From a virus (Duplodnaviria; Caudoviricetes), in IMG/VR virus record IMGVR_UViG_3300035701_000043, positions 1-53,235 of that record: a DNA stretch of 53,235 bases; one strand, 5' to 3'. The notes below the pieces were generated by a model. It saw nothing but the letters and a program-made list of their open reading frames with translations. It had not been told where the DNA came from and did not search any database. Below are positions 8,311 through 16,893 of this stretch, piece after piece; position 1 is the first letter of the stretch; each line of letters begins with the position of its first letter. The position numbers and the translations under genes are program-made.

Positions 8311-10932
8311 ATGATTAACCCATCCCCCATCTTAGCCTTCTACTATCGAGAAGAAAATCCGCCAATCCTATTCGGCAACGAATTAAAAAACCCCGGAAGC
8401 ATCCACGGAATAGGTTGGCAAACAGTACACCTAACAGAAGGAGAAATAGAATACTGGTCACAAAACGATAAAGTAGCTAACTCTGGAATAAGAACGGGAT
8501 ACCAGCGAAACGATGGGAGACGCCTCATAGCACTAGACTTTGACTGGACGTTCATCTACCCCCTGTGGTATGAAAAATTCAAGTCCCGCGCACAAACCTT
8601 CATCTGCCAAACACCAAGCATCGGCGCCCGCGTACTATACTGGACAAAAGAAGAATACGCCGGCAAACCATTCGAAAAAACAATTCACCTAGAATACCTA
8701 GGAAACCAGTATGCCGCCATATGGGAATGGGCCATAAACAACATCGGAGAAAAAGGAGACTATAAAATATTTCAAGACCTAAAAATAATCACCGACGACA
8801 CGATCCTCAAAGACACAACAACATTCATCGAAGAGCTACTAAACAAAAAATACCAGTTCCTGATGTATCCATGCATACAAAACCACCTAGCAAAAGCAAA
8901 GAAAAACATTTTCCTCAACCACGAACAAAGCCTCGCAATCCTCAACTTCATGGTGGTAAACGAATGCACAGACGAAGAAATCCATAATTTGAGACGAATG
9001 ATTGTAGACTACGATAAACACGACCCAAAAGGAATCGTAAAAATATATGATGAAGGAATAACAAACTCACAGATAAAAAACGGTAGAAAGTTTATTGAAG
9101 GTGGCGGATTACCTTTCCCATGTGTAGCAAAGGAACTGGGAAAAAGAGGATTAATAGAAATATTCGATTATAATGGCACAAACTGCATAAAGTGCCCCCG
9201 AAGAATAAGGCTTCTTGAAGGAAAAAACAATCTATTAGAATTAAAAGCAGATGATTTCTTCGAGAAAACAAAAGAAGGAAGAATAATAAAATCAAGTTTC
9301 ATACCTAGAAAACTAGGTGAGAAACTAAAAAACGAATATCGGTTCGCTAGTATAGACAAAAACCTACCAATTTATTATTACAGAGAAGAGACCGGGGCAT
9401 GGGATAAAAACGGGGAACGAAAAATCAGAGAAAAATGCTATCAAATATTAGAAGACTGCGCCATAAGAAACCATATAGAAGAAACAATCGCTTACATCAG
9501 AGACACGAGCTACATTGACCCAATAAAATTCGACCACGATGTAACAAAAATACCATGCTTAAACGGCACAATAAACCTCGTAAATGGTGAAATCACCGCA
9601 CACGACCCCGAACTCTACGCGCTCGCATACATACCACATAACTATGATAAAGAAAAAGACTGCCCAGAAATTAAGAAATTCTTCAATGAGGTCGTCAGAT
9701 CAGAAGACATCGATTTCTGGCAAGAATGGCTCGGCTACCACCTCTGGCGAGAATACACATACCATAAGGCACTACTATGCCTAGGCGGAGGAAGAAACGG
9801 AAAATCAACCGCCCTAAAACTAATACGCGCCTTCGTAGGAAGAGACAACGCCGAAGCTCACACACTACAAGAAATAGTATCAGACAGATTCGCCAAAGCC
9901 GACCTCTACGGAAAACTAGCAAACATCGCCGCAGACATCAGCGCAGAAGAGTTGAAACGAACCGACAAATTCAAAGCCGCGACGGGCGGCGACCTAATAT
10001 CAGCCCAAGAAAAATTCAAAGCAATATTCAATTTTATTAACTATGCAAAACTAACATTCAGCGCAAACCAAATACCAAAAGAAGAGGCAGACAAATCCGA
10101 AGCCTTCTTCGTCAGATGGCAAATGATAAACTTCCCAAATAAATTTGACGAAGGCAACCAAGACCCCGATAAAATCAAGAAGATAACAACAGAAGACGAA
10201 ATGTCCGGGTTGATAAACTGGGCCATCCAAGGACTCCACCGATTAATAGAAAACAGAAAATTCACTAACACGCCAACAACAGAGGAAATCCAAGAAAAAT
10301 GGGATCAAGGATCAAACCCAGAAAAAGCCTTCTACCAAAACTGCATACAAATAGACGCCGAGGCCGAACCAATAAAAAAGGAAGACGTACATGTAGCTTA
10401 TGTAAACTATTGCAAAAACAACAAAATTACTTATGTTGGATTAACAACATTCTGCTCCAGAATCTACCCAGAAAGCCAAGGATCAGTACAAACAATACAA
10501 ATAAAGAATCCCAATCCTCCCCCAAAAAGAATCAAGGTATGGAAAGGCATCAAACTAAAATGTAACTTAGAGGACGACGAACAGAAAGAGATCTGCACGG
10601 GTTGCACGGGATCACCCCCCCTCCCTACTCGGCACCCATTAAAATTAGATGATATAAATAAAAATATAGGGGGGGGATATAAAACACCCCCTGATCCCGT
10701 GCACCCCGTGCAAGCAGAGGTTTCTTCATCTCCAGAGCCTCCGAAGCCGAATCTTGAGGAGAAACTAAAGAAAATCCTGAGTTTATTATCATTAGGCGTC
10801 AGCTCAACCGACTACATCGCCGGCAAATGCGACCTCAAAAGCGATGAGGCGTCGCGCCTCCTAGCGATGCTAACACGTGAAGGGCAAGTGTTTCAGCCGC
10901 CGGGAAGCGACCTATGGAGGCGATCGACATAA
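8311..10932 (+). CDS. Primase-helicase: N-terminal primase-polymerase-like domain plus D5/P4-type SF3 helicase and C-terminal wHTH
   Basis: LIALDFD and QTPS.G in the N-terminus; NGTINL..G (D5_N); Walker A GGGRNGKST; ADLYGKLANIA; FSANQIP. Confidence 0.9.
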   Translation: MINPSPILAFYYREENPPILFGNELKNPGSIHGIGWQTVHLTEGEIEYWSQNDKVANSGIRTGYQRNDGRRLIALDFDWTFIYPLWYEKFKSRAQTFICQTPSIGARVLYWTKEEYAGKPFEKTIHLEYLGNQYAAIWEWAINNIGEKGDYKIFQDLKIITDDTILKDTTTFIEELLNKKYQFLMYPCIQNHLAKAKKNIFLNHEQSLAILNFMVVNECTDEEIHNLRRMIVDYDKHDPKGIVKIYDEGITNSQIKNGRKFIEGGGLPFPCVAKELGKRGLIEIFDYNGTNCIKCPRRIRLLEGKNNLLELKADDFFEKTKEGRIIKSSFIPRKLGEKLKNEYRFASIDKNLPIYYYREETGAWDKNGERKIREKCYQILEDCAIRNHIEETIAYIRDTSYIDPIKFDHDVTKIPCLNGTINLVNGEITAHDPELYALAYIPHNYDKEKDCPEIKKFFNEVVRSEDIDFWQEWLGYHLWREYTYHKALLCLGGGRNGKSTALKLIRAFVGRDNAEAHTLQEIVSDRFAKADLYGKLANIAADISAEELKRTDKFKAATGGDLISAQEKFKAIFNFINYAKLTFSANQIPKEEADKSEAFFVRWQMINFPNKFDEGNQDPDKIKKITTEDEMSGLINWAIQGLHRLIENRKFTNTPTTEEIQEKWDQGSNPEKAFYQNCIQIDAEAEPIKKEDVHVAYVNYCKNNKITYVGLTTFCSRIYPESQGSVQTIQIKNPNPPPKRIKVWKGIKLKCNLEDDEQKEICTGCTGSPPLPTRHPLKLDDINKNIGGGYKTPPDPVHPVQAEVSSSPEPPKPNLEEKLKKILSLLSLGVSSTDYIAGKCDLKSDEASRLLAMLTREGQVFQPPGSDLWRRST
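10594..10712. repeat. Putative replication origin: inverted TGCACGGG iterons flanking an AT-rich core
   Basis: TGCACGGGTTGCACGGG ... AT-rich ... CCCGTGCACCCCGTGCA inside the 3' part of the primase-helicase gene. Confidence 0.7.
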
Positions 10933-11071
10933 TTTTCACGATTTATTTTATGATCCAAAATTGGATGAAGGAGTTGAACGAAAAAATTGTGTAGCCTAGA
11001 ATGGATTTGGGTTTTCCCCTTAGGGGTTAAGGCGCCTGACGGCGCAACAACCACAGAGGAGGTGAAACCCG

Positions 11072-11848
11072 ATAATTAAGACACCGGGCGAATATAGGAA
11101 GATTCTGGTACTCGCGGACACGCATGTTGGCAGCAAGTACGCCGTGATGCCTAGCCGCTTCAATAATTACTCGGCTCAGAAACTCCAACTCACCATCCTC
11201 AAGAAATGGACGCAAATGTGCAACCAAGTAAAGCACTGTGAATATGTAATAATTGACGGAGACGTTGTCGATGGCAAGGCTAAGGCCACCGAAGGAAAAG
11301 ACGTGTGGACGGCGGACGTTGATGAGCAGATCGACGCCGCCGCCGAGCTAGTTAACCAGATAGATTATGACAAACTACTCGTCGCTTACGGGTCACCATA
11401 CCACACGGCTGAGAACCTGAACGCTGACCAAATCTTCGCCAAGAAGATGAACGCCGTTAAGCACGACCACGAAATCAGTTTCCAGCCAAACGACTGCAAG
11501 GATATTCTACACATCAGCCACATGGTTGGCGTCAGCACAGCAAGTTGGCAGTACCGGACAACGCCGCTGGCCAAGGAACTTGTCGCGGCGCTTCTGAACG
11601 AGAAAACGCTTTACAAGTACAAGTGCATCATACGAGCGCACGCGCATTACTATGTTAGCGTCGCCTTCAGTAGCTTCGGCTTCATCACGCCGTGCTGGCA
11701 AACACGCACGCCGTACATGATTCGTAAGGGCTTGTCACTGATTCCGAAGCTGGGCTACGTGGTCCTACCGATCAGCGACGACGGGTATCTTGGCGGCATT
11801 GAGGCGCATACCTTCGATATGCCGCGGGGGGAGTTGGTGAAGGCTTGA
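11072..11848 (+). CDS. Calcineurin-like metallophosphoesterase (probable ATA start)
   Basis: In-frame extension upstream of 11144 gives KILVLADTHVG (DxH); also GDVVDG, GSPYH and AHAH; GGAGGTGA RBS at 11058-11065. Confidence 0.8.
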   Translation: MIKTPGEYRKILVLADTHVGSKYAVMPSRFNNYSAQKLQLTILKKWTQMCNQVKHCEYVIIDGDVVDGKAKATEGKDVWTADVDEQIDAAAELVNQIDYDKLLVAYGSPYHTAENLNADQIFAKKMNAVKHDHEISFQPNDCKDILHISHMVGVSTASWQYRTTPLAKELVAALLNEKTLYKYKCIIRAHAHYYVSVAFSSFGFITPCWQTRTPYMIRKGLSLIPKLGYVVLPISDDGYLGGIEAHTFDMPRGELVKA

Positions 11849-12006
11849 TGACAGTCAGCGTTCAGCACGAAACCATTGTGGTGCCTGAGGGGTGGTGGCT
11901 CGAGGCGGAGGAGTCGCCTCCGGCGGCTGAGGTTGAACCTCAGCGCGTTGGGGCTTCGCCGCTTGACCCGTCACTCTTCGAATGGGTAAAAGGGCGAAAA
12001 ATATGA
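11848..12006 (+). CDS. Small hypothetical protein (52 aa)
   Basis: TGATG coupling with the upstream gene; MTVSVQHETIVVPEGWWLE...; its stop codon is the first base triplet of array 1. Confidence 0.5.
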   Translation: MTVSVQHETIVVPEGWWLEAEESPPAAEVEPQRVGASPLDPSLFEWVKGRKI

Positions 12007-12059
12007 GGATGAGGTACGGTGGGGTGTGGTAAGGTCGGGTGAGGTAGGGATGAGGAAAA
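12004..12059 (+). ncRNA. GGT-NN periodic array 1 (candidate guide RNA)
   Basis: TGAGGAT-GA-GGT-AC-GGT-GG-GGT-GT-GGT-AA-GGT-CG-GGT-GA-GGT-AG-GGATGAGGAAAA; 7 GGT units with exact 5-nt period. The repeat is certain; the RNA function is inferred. Confidence 0.7.
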
Positions 12060-12134
12060 TAATCGGTTTCAGAAACGTAGTCGATACGGCCTCGGAAGAG
12101 GCCTGGGTAAAAACAGGAATGGGGGTGAAAATAG

Positions 12135-12704
12135 ATGAATGAAAATCTTAGACGAGTCCAAATCAAAATCAAGGGCATACGCCCCTATCTCCAGCATCGC
12201 CGCCCATCGTCGGTGGAAGAGGTAGCGGAGATGTCGCTTGTCGTTCAGAAACTACAGAAAAACCCATTCGACATGGAGGCTGGCGGCAATGAAGCTGCGT
12301 TAAGTACCTACAAAAACAAGGACAACGTATACTACATCCCCTCAACGCACCTCCAAGAAGCCCTCGTCAAAGCCGGCTCAGAAATCAACGTCAAAGGCAA
12401 AGGAAAGAAAACCTACAAAGACTACATGAAAAGCTACGTCTTCGTCGACCCCGATGAAATTCCCATACAGCCACAGAAATACGAGTTAGACCGGGCATTC
12501 GTCAAAGTCCAGCGTAACGGCATATATCGGCATAGGCCCCGCTTCGAGAACTGGGGCGCGGAATTCTCATTAATGATCACAGACCCGACACTGCCACTCG
12601 ACGAAATCAAGAAAATCCTAGAGATCGCAGGCACCAGAAAGGGCATCGGCGACTACCGCCCACGATTCGGCCTATTCGAAGTAACCGCGTTTGACGTTGT
12701 TTGA
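12135..12704 (+). CDS. Stand-alone Cas7/RAMP-like protein (Vipr-like candidate RNA-guided effector)
   Basis: N-terminal strand VQIKIKGIRPYLQH; YYIPSTHLQEAL resembling the RAMP IP(G)S-helix motif; C-terminal glycine-rich loop GIGDYRPRFGLFEV; flanked by two GGT-NN arrays. Confidence 0.75.
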   Translation: MNENLRRVQIKIKGIRPYLQHRRPSSVEEVAEMSLVVQKLQKNPFDMEAGGNEAALSTYKNKDNVYYIPSTHLQEALVKAGSEINVKGKGKKTYKDYMKSYVFVDPDEIPIQPQKYELDRAFVKVQRNGIYRHRPRFENWGAEFSLMITDPTLPLDEIKKILEIAGTRKGIGDYRPRFGLFEVTAFDVV

Positions 12705-12772
12705 GGATGGGGTGTGGTTTGGTAGGGTAAGGTTGGGTGTGGTAAGGTCGGGTGAGGTAGGGATGAGGAAAA
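12702..12772 (+). ncRNA. GGT-NN periodic array 2 (candidate guide RNA)
   Basis: TGAGGAT-GG-GGT-GT-GGT-TT-GGT-AG-GGT-AA-GGT-TG-GGT-GT-GGT-AA-GGT-CG-GGT-GA-GGT-AG-GGATGAGGAAAA; 10 GGT units, intergenic. Confidence 0.7.
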
Positions 12773-12791
12773 AATCAAAGAGGAATAAACC

Positions 12792-13007
12792 ATGAACGAG
12801 CGAAAATGGGTCTCCGGGCCGGGCATCGGTGAACTTTACGAGCGGTTGGTCGCCTACGCTGTCGGCCTCGTCGACTACGGTGCTTATTATAAGGCTGTCA
12901 AAGCCGTCATCGCCGAGATGAGCGCCGGCGTCAAGGAAATCCGTGATGTTGAGGACGTGAAAACTTGGTTCCGCCGCTGGTTCGGCGTGGAGGTCGAATT
13001 AAAATGA
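12792..13007 (+). CDS. Hypothetical protein
   Basis: GAGG RBS; 71-aa ORF directly after array 2. Confidence 0.6.
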   Translation: MNERKWVSGPGIGELYERLVAYAVGLVDYGAYYKAVKAVIAEMSAGVKEIRDVEDVKTWFRRWFGVEVELK

Positions 13008-13195
13008 GTATTTCCATGTTCTGTGAACAAATCGTTCACGCCGCGAAAACAGAGAAGAAAAAGAAGCAGTATAACCCCGATTTTTTGGCGGCTACGAGAA
13101 AACGCGGAAAAGACCACTACCAAGAAAAACAGAGAAAAGAACGGGCGGCGAAGAGGGCGGCTAATTCTAAAAGAAGAAAGGAGGCAGAAAAATGA
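13004..13195 (+). CDS. Small basic hypothetical protein
   Basis: Overlaps both neighbours; very K/R-rich. Confidence 0.5.
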   Translation: MSISMFCEQIVHAAKTEKKKKQYNPDFLAATRKRGKDHYQEKQRKERAAKRAANSKRRKEAEK

Positions 13196-14004
13196 GTCGT
13201 TTATTCTATAGACACAGGGTAATGACAAACATAGGCGAAATAGATGATAAAACCCTTCAAGACTTAATTAACAACCCTGATTATAATGTTATGTGGGATG
13301 ACTCTATTCTCGGTCACATTCGAGTTGACTATTACCCTGAGAGGGCGAAGGCAAGGGCGGAATTCAACGCATTATCCCCTGATCAGAAGACTGAGATAGG
13401 TAGAAGTAACGGATACGGATCATGCCTTCACTGTCACAATACTTGGAACTGGAAGAAGGGGCATGTCATCAATTATACGGCGGATTATACGGCAGGTGGA
13501 ATGTTTCCTCTTTGCGAAGAGTGCCATAAAAAACTTAGCCCTCAAGAACGGTTTGATTATTGCAAGAAACTTTACTATAATTGGAGCCGCCCAGAAAAAA
13601 GAATAGAGTGGAATACTATAGCGGAGCACGTTGGTCTTCGTGATTTCAAACAAACAACGAAAGAAAGCGACAGAGAAACGAATTTCCTAGATGAAATAAC
13701 CGTAGATGAAGTGCCCTGCGACTACAAACGGGTCGCTAAAAAACTCGGCACCAAATACGCTCGGTTAAAGAGGAAGCTTCGCGTCGTTCGTAACTCTCAC
13801 TGGGAGTTCGTCAGAATTCTCAGACGCAAAATAATGTATCAAAAGAAGGAGATTAAAGAGTTAAGAAAAATCATCGGTGTAACAGATAAAAGGAAAGAGG
13901 AGCCAAAAGTTACTCTTTCGCCTTCTGATAAAAACCCTATTCTTCCAGATAAGTCGTTACGTAGAACACTATTAGGGAAAGATGAACCGGAAAAACGGAA
14001 GTAA
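13192..14004 (+). CDS. Hypothetical protein with CxxC pairs and coiled coil
   Basis: CLHC...CEEC; 270 aa. Confidence 0.65.
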   Translation: MSRLFYRHRVMTNIGEIDDKTLQDLINNPDYNVMWDDSILGHIRVDYYPERAKARAEFNALSPDQKTEIGRSNGYGSCLHCHNTWNWKKGHVINYTADYTAGGMFPLCEECHKKLSPQERFDYCKKLYYNWSRPEKRIEWNTIAEHVGLRDFKQTTKESDRETNFLDEITVDEVPCDYKRVAKKLGTKYARLKRKLRVVRNSHWEFVRILRRKIMYQKKEIKELRKIIGVTDKRKEEPKVTLSPSDKNPILPDKSLRRTLLGKDEPEKRK

Positions 14005-14139
14005 AAGAGGAGAAAAAGAAATGACTGAACTTAAAGTTTTACAATTCATTTGTGTATCCATTTGGTGTATAGATTTACTTCTTTATCTTGGGTTATTTCT
14101 CATTTCAGAGGAGATTAGAAAATTAAGGGAGGAAAAGAA

Positions 14140-14340
14140 ATGATGAAAGTCACGCTCCGCGACCAGATCCTCAGCGACCTCAAAGAATACTTCGACATCG
14201 CCGATGAGATCCTCGGCGAAACAAAGGAAGCACTCACCTACGAGGATTATCTTCGCCTCATCGCAATTGTCGCCGAGCACACCCGCTGGGCCGTCGACTA
14301 CTACACTGACAGCAAAGAAGCGGAGGTAAAACCAGTATGA
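14140..14340 (+). CDS. Hypothetical protein
   Basis: GGAGG RBS; coupled to the Cas4-like gene. Confidence 0.55.
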   Translation: MMKVTLRDQILSDLKEYFDIADEILGETKEALTYEDYLRLIAIVAEHTRWAVDYYTDSKEAEVKPV

Positions 14341-15074
14341 GCCTAATCGACGAGTACCTCGCGACCCCCGAGGAGAACCGGAAGATCCGCGCCCCCGGCG
14401 TCGTCTACGTCACCGACCTCGTCAAACCCTGCCAACGCAACGCCTACTACTCCGCCATCCTCGACAAACCAATGACCATCGAGACTCTCCGCATCTTCGA
14501 GGCCGGCAACGTAATTGAGAATTGGTGGATCAACGTCGTCCTCCGCGGCCGCAAAGACACCTATGTTGTCGCCACTCAACTCTCTGCCCGCTACATCGAC
14601 GAAGCCAACGCCATCGAGATCCATGGTAAAATAGACGCTCTCGCTCAACATGGGGGCCGGGCCCTCGTCGTCCACGAGGTCAAGACGCAGAAGACTGCCG
14701 CCTGGCTCCGCGAACCCAAGCCTGAACACGCCGAACAATTACAATTCTATCTTTCCGCCCTCGGACTCGACTTCGGGCAAATCGACTACCTCGATAAAAC
14801 CATCTTTCTCCAGGGCCGCGACGTAAAGGCACGGCCCGGCGAAGGCGGAGGCATCGACAAGAGTTTCCAGGTGCAGCGGGATCCCCGCATCTTCGCCGAA
14901 ATAGTGAAGCGCGGTTACCTCCTCGCGAACGCCATCAGGGAGGGGCGGCCGCCGCAAAAAATGGAGTGCTGGCAATGCAACGGCTACTGCGACTACGCGG
15001 CTGAGTGCCGCGCCCAGGACGGCGAGTTGCCCCTCAACACAATACCCAATATATTCGGGGGGGCTCCGGCATGA
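14337..15074 (+). CDS. Cas4-like PD-(D/E)XK exonuclease
   Basis: One N-terminal Cys (PCQR) plus C-terminal CWQC...C...C; GKIDAL...HEVKT; QLQFY. Confidence 0.85.
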   Translation: MSLIDEYLATPEENRKIRAPGVVYVTDLVKPCQRNAYYSAILDKPMTIETLRIFEAGNVIENWWINVVLRGRKDTYVVATQLSARYIDEANAIEIHGKIDALAQHGGRALVVHEVKTQKTAAWLREPKPEHAEQLQFYLSALGLDFGQIDYLDKTIFLQGRDVKARPGEGGGIDKSFQVQRDPRIFAEIVKRGYLLANAIREGRPPQKMECWQCNGYCDYAAECRAQDGELPLNTIPNIFGGAPA

Positions 15075-15217
15075 GTGACTGGAGAAAGTATCCAGAGTTG
15101 GAACCCATCAGAAGGCTCCGCAATGAGGGCCGCGAACTCTTGGGTAAACCCATTTATCTTACCGAGAAACGTGATGGGGAGAACGTGAGTCTATGGATTA
15201 CGGAGGCTTCACTGTGA
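15071..15217 (+). pseudogene. N-terminal fragment of an ATP-dependent RNA ligase-like nucleotidyltransferase
   Basis: KYP...IYLTEKRDGEN (motif I KxDG); stops after 48 aa. Confidence 0.6.
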
Positions 15218-15338
15218 CGAAGAAGAAACCCCGCGCCGCGAGGCCTCCGCCCCCCGTCATCAAGCTCAGCTGCTCAAAGTGCGCCGGCTTCAAGGCGGTG
15301 GGCTTCCTCCACTGCCTAAGTTGCGGGAGGCCGCTGCG

Positions 15339-15674
15339 ATGAAGTACTCAGATTATGATTTTATCCGTGACGCCGCCTACACACGCCGCGTAGAACTCAA
15401 CAAACGAAAACGCCGGGACTACGCCGACTCAGAGGACGTCCTCAGTAACTTCAAGCGGCTCGCCCAGACCTATAGGCGCCTCAAAGTCGACGCAGGTACA
15501 CCCGAAGGAGTCGCCCTGTTCTTCGTCCTCCATAAGGTCGACCGCCTCGCCAAACTCATCGGCGAAGGCGCCACGCCCCAGAACGAGAGCCTCCGCGACA
15601 ACCTCGACGACGCCCACGTCTACCTCGACCTCCTCGAAGCCATCCTCACCGAAAAGGAGGGGAACCTGTCATGA
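15339..15674 (+). CDS. Nucleotide-modification-associated (DUF1599/Nmad1-like) alpha-helical protein
   Basis: KRRDYA...NF...KVDRL...ESLRDNLDD...Y pattern. Confidence 0.65.
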   Translation: MKYSDYDFIRDAAYTRRVELNKRKRRDYADSEDVLSNFKRLAQTYRRLKVDAGTPEGVALFFVLHKVDRLAKLIGEGATPQNESLRDNLDDAHVYLDLLEAILTEKEGNLS

Positions 15675-16474
15675 CTCTTACGAAAAAGGTCATGGAACAG
15701 AGAATCAAACTCGCAAGCCGCCACCCCACGGCCTCCATGAAAGCCGAGGAAGTCATCGCTGAAGCATTAAAACACAAGGTATACGTCGCTTGGAGCGGGG
15801 GCCGATGTAGCACAGTCGCCCTTCACCTTACTCTGCAACAAGACCCGGATATTCCCGTAGTCTTCAATAACACGGGTATCGAATATCCTGAGACCGTTGA
15901 ATATTGTAGGAATACGGCGGAAAAATGGGGCCTTAATTACCACGAACTCAAACCCGCGATGAGTTTCTGGGAGATCGTCAAAGTCTATGGCTTTCCCCAG
16001 ATACGCGGCTCCTCGAAGTGTCACAGAATTAGAAAACCCATGTGTTGCTCCCTGCTTAAAGAGGCGCCCGCCCACAAATTCCTAAAAGATAATCACTTGG
16101 ACGGATTCATCGATGGAATCAGAGTCGAGGAGAGTCGACCAAGAGCCCTCGGTATCTACCAAGTAGGTCTGTATTATCTCTCTAAGAGAGATGGTTTATG
16201 GAAGTTCCATCCCGTTGCCCTCTGGACCGTTGACGATCTCGAGATCTACGCGGAGAAACATGGATTTGAGTTCAATCCCTTATACAAAACCAAAGGTCTG
16301 CCGCGAATCGGTTGTATGCCTTGCACGGGTTTCACGGATTGGCGGAACCAATTAAGCCGCGTCAATCCTCGATTATTCCGAGTCGTAAACGACGCCTTCC
16401 AGAATCAGCGGGGTGAGCCTACTCTCTGGGAATTCCATGATCAATCAATCTGCGTGGAGGATGTTAAAGCATGA
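15671..16474 (+). CDS. PAPS reductase-family (PP-loop) protein
   Basis: VAWSGGRCS; FNNTGIEYPET; CC..LK..P; GIR..ES..R; NPLY...RIGCMPC. Confidence 0.9.
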   Translation: MTLTKKVMEQRIKLASRHPTASMKAEEVIAEALKHKVYVAWSGGRCSTVALHLTLQQDPDIPVVFNNTGIEYPETVEYCRNTAEKWGLNYHELKPAMSFWEIVKVYGFPQIRGSSKCHRIRKPMCCSLLKEAPAHKFLKDNHLDGFIDGIRVEESRPRALGIYQVGLYYLSKRDGLWKFHPVALWTVDDLEIYAEKHGFEFNPLYKTKGLPRIGCMPCTGFTDWRNQLSRVNPRLFRVVNDAFQNQRGEPTLWEFHDQSICVEDVKA

Positions 16475-16893
16475 AGGTCTACCTCGCACACGGCCATCGT
16501 TGCCGCCCTGCCGGAAGAACCCTTGAAAACTTCCTCATGTTATGGGGCCACCAAGTCTACAACCCATTCGACGGCGACCAACGCGCCACCGACCTCACAC
16601 AAGCCTGGTTCAAAGCCGCAGAAACCGGAGACAGGCGGAAACTCCTGAAGCTTTGCGCCCCCATCTACGAGAAGGACGTCGCCGCCATCCAGGCCGCTGA
16701 CATCGTCGTCGCCTACTACCCAGACGAAAGCACCGGCACCGCCATGGAGATACCCCTCTCCAAACACGTCCACGGTAAACCCGTCGTGGTTCTCACCGAC
16801 ATCATCCACCCCTTCATCCAGTCCAACGCTGATTACGTGTTCCCCTGCAATGATGCTGGGTTAAAACAATTAAGGAAGCTGCTAGGAAAATGA
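16471..16893 (+). CDS. Nucleoside 2-deoxyribosyltransferase-like protein
   Basis: KVYLA...YNPF...D..AI..ADIVVA....STGTAMEI. Confidence 0.8.
   Translation: MKVYLAHGHRCRPAGRTLENFLMLWGHQVYNPFDGDQRATDLTQAWFKAAETGDRRKLLKLCAPIYEKDVAAIQAADIVVAYYPDESTGTAMEIPLSKHVHGKPVVVLTDIIHPFIQSNADYVFPCNDAGLKQLRKLLGK

Noticed and set aside
12004-12772. GGT-NN arrays as a CRISPR array, telomere-like or G-quadruplex microsatellite, or coding repeat
   Set aside because: There are no 25-45-bp repeats with spacers, the units vary only at the NN positions, and the 5-nt period has no sustained reading frame. G4 formation is possible but does not explain the shared leader and trailer or the flanking of a RAMP-like gene.
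14337-15074. Cas4-like gene as part of a CRISPR adaptation module or of the RAMP system
   Set aside because: No cas1, cas2 or array is present; solo Cas4-like nucleases are common in archaeal viruses; it lies several genes away from the RAMP-like gene.
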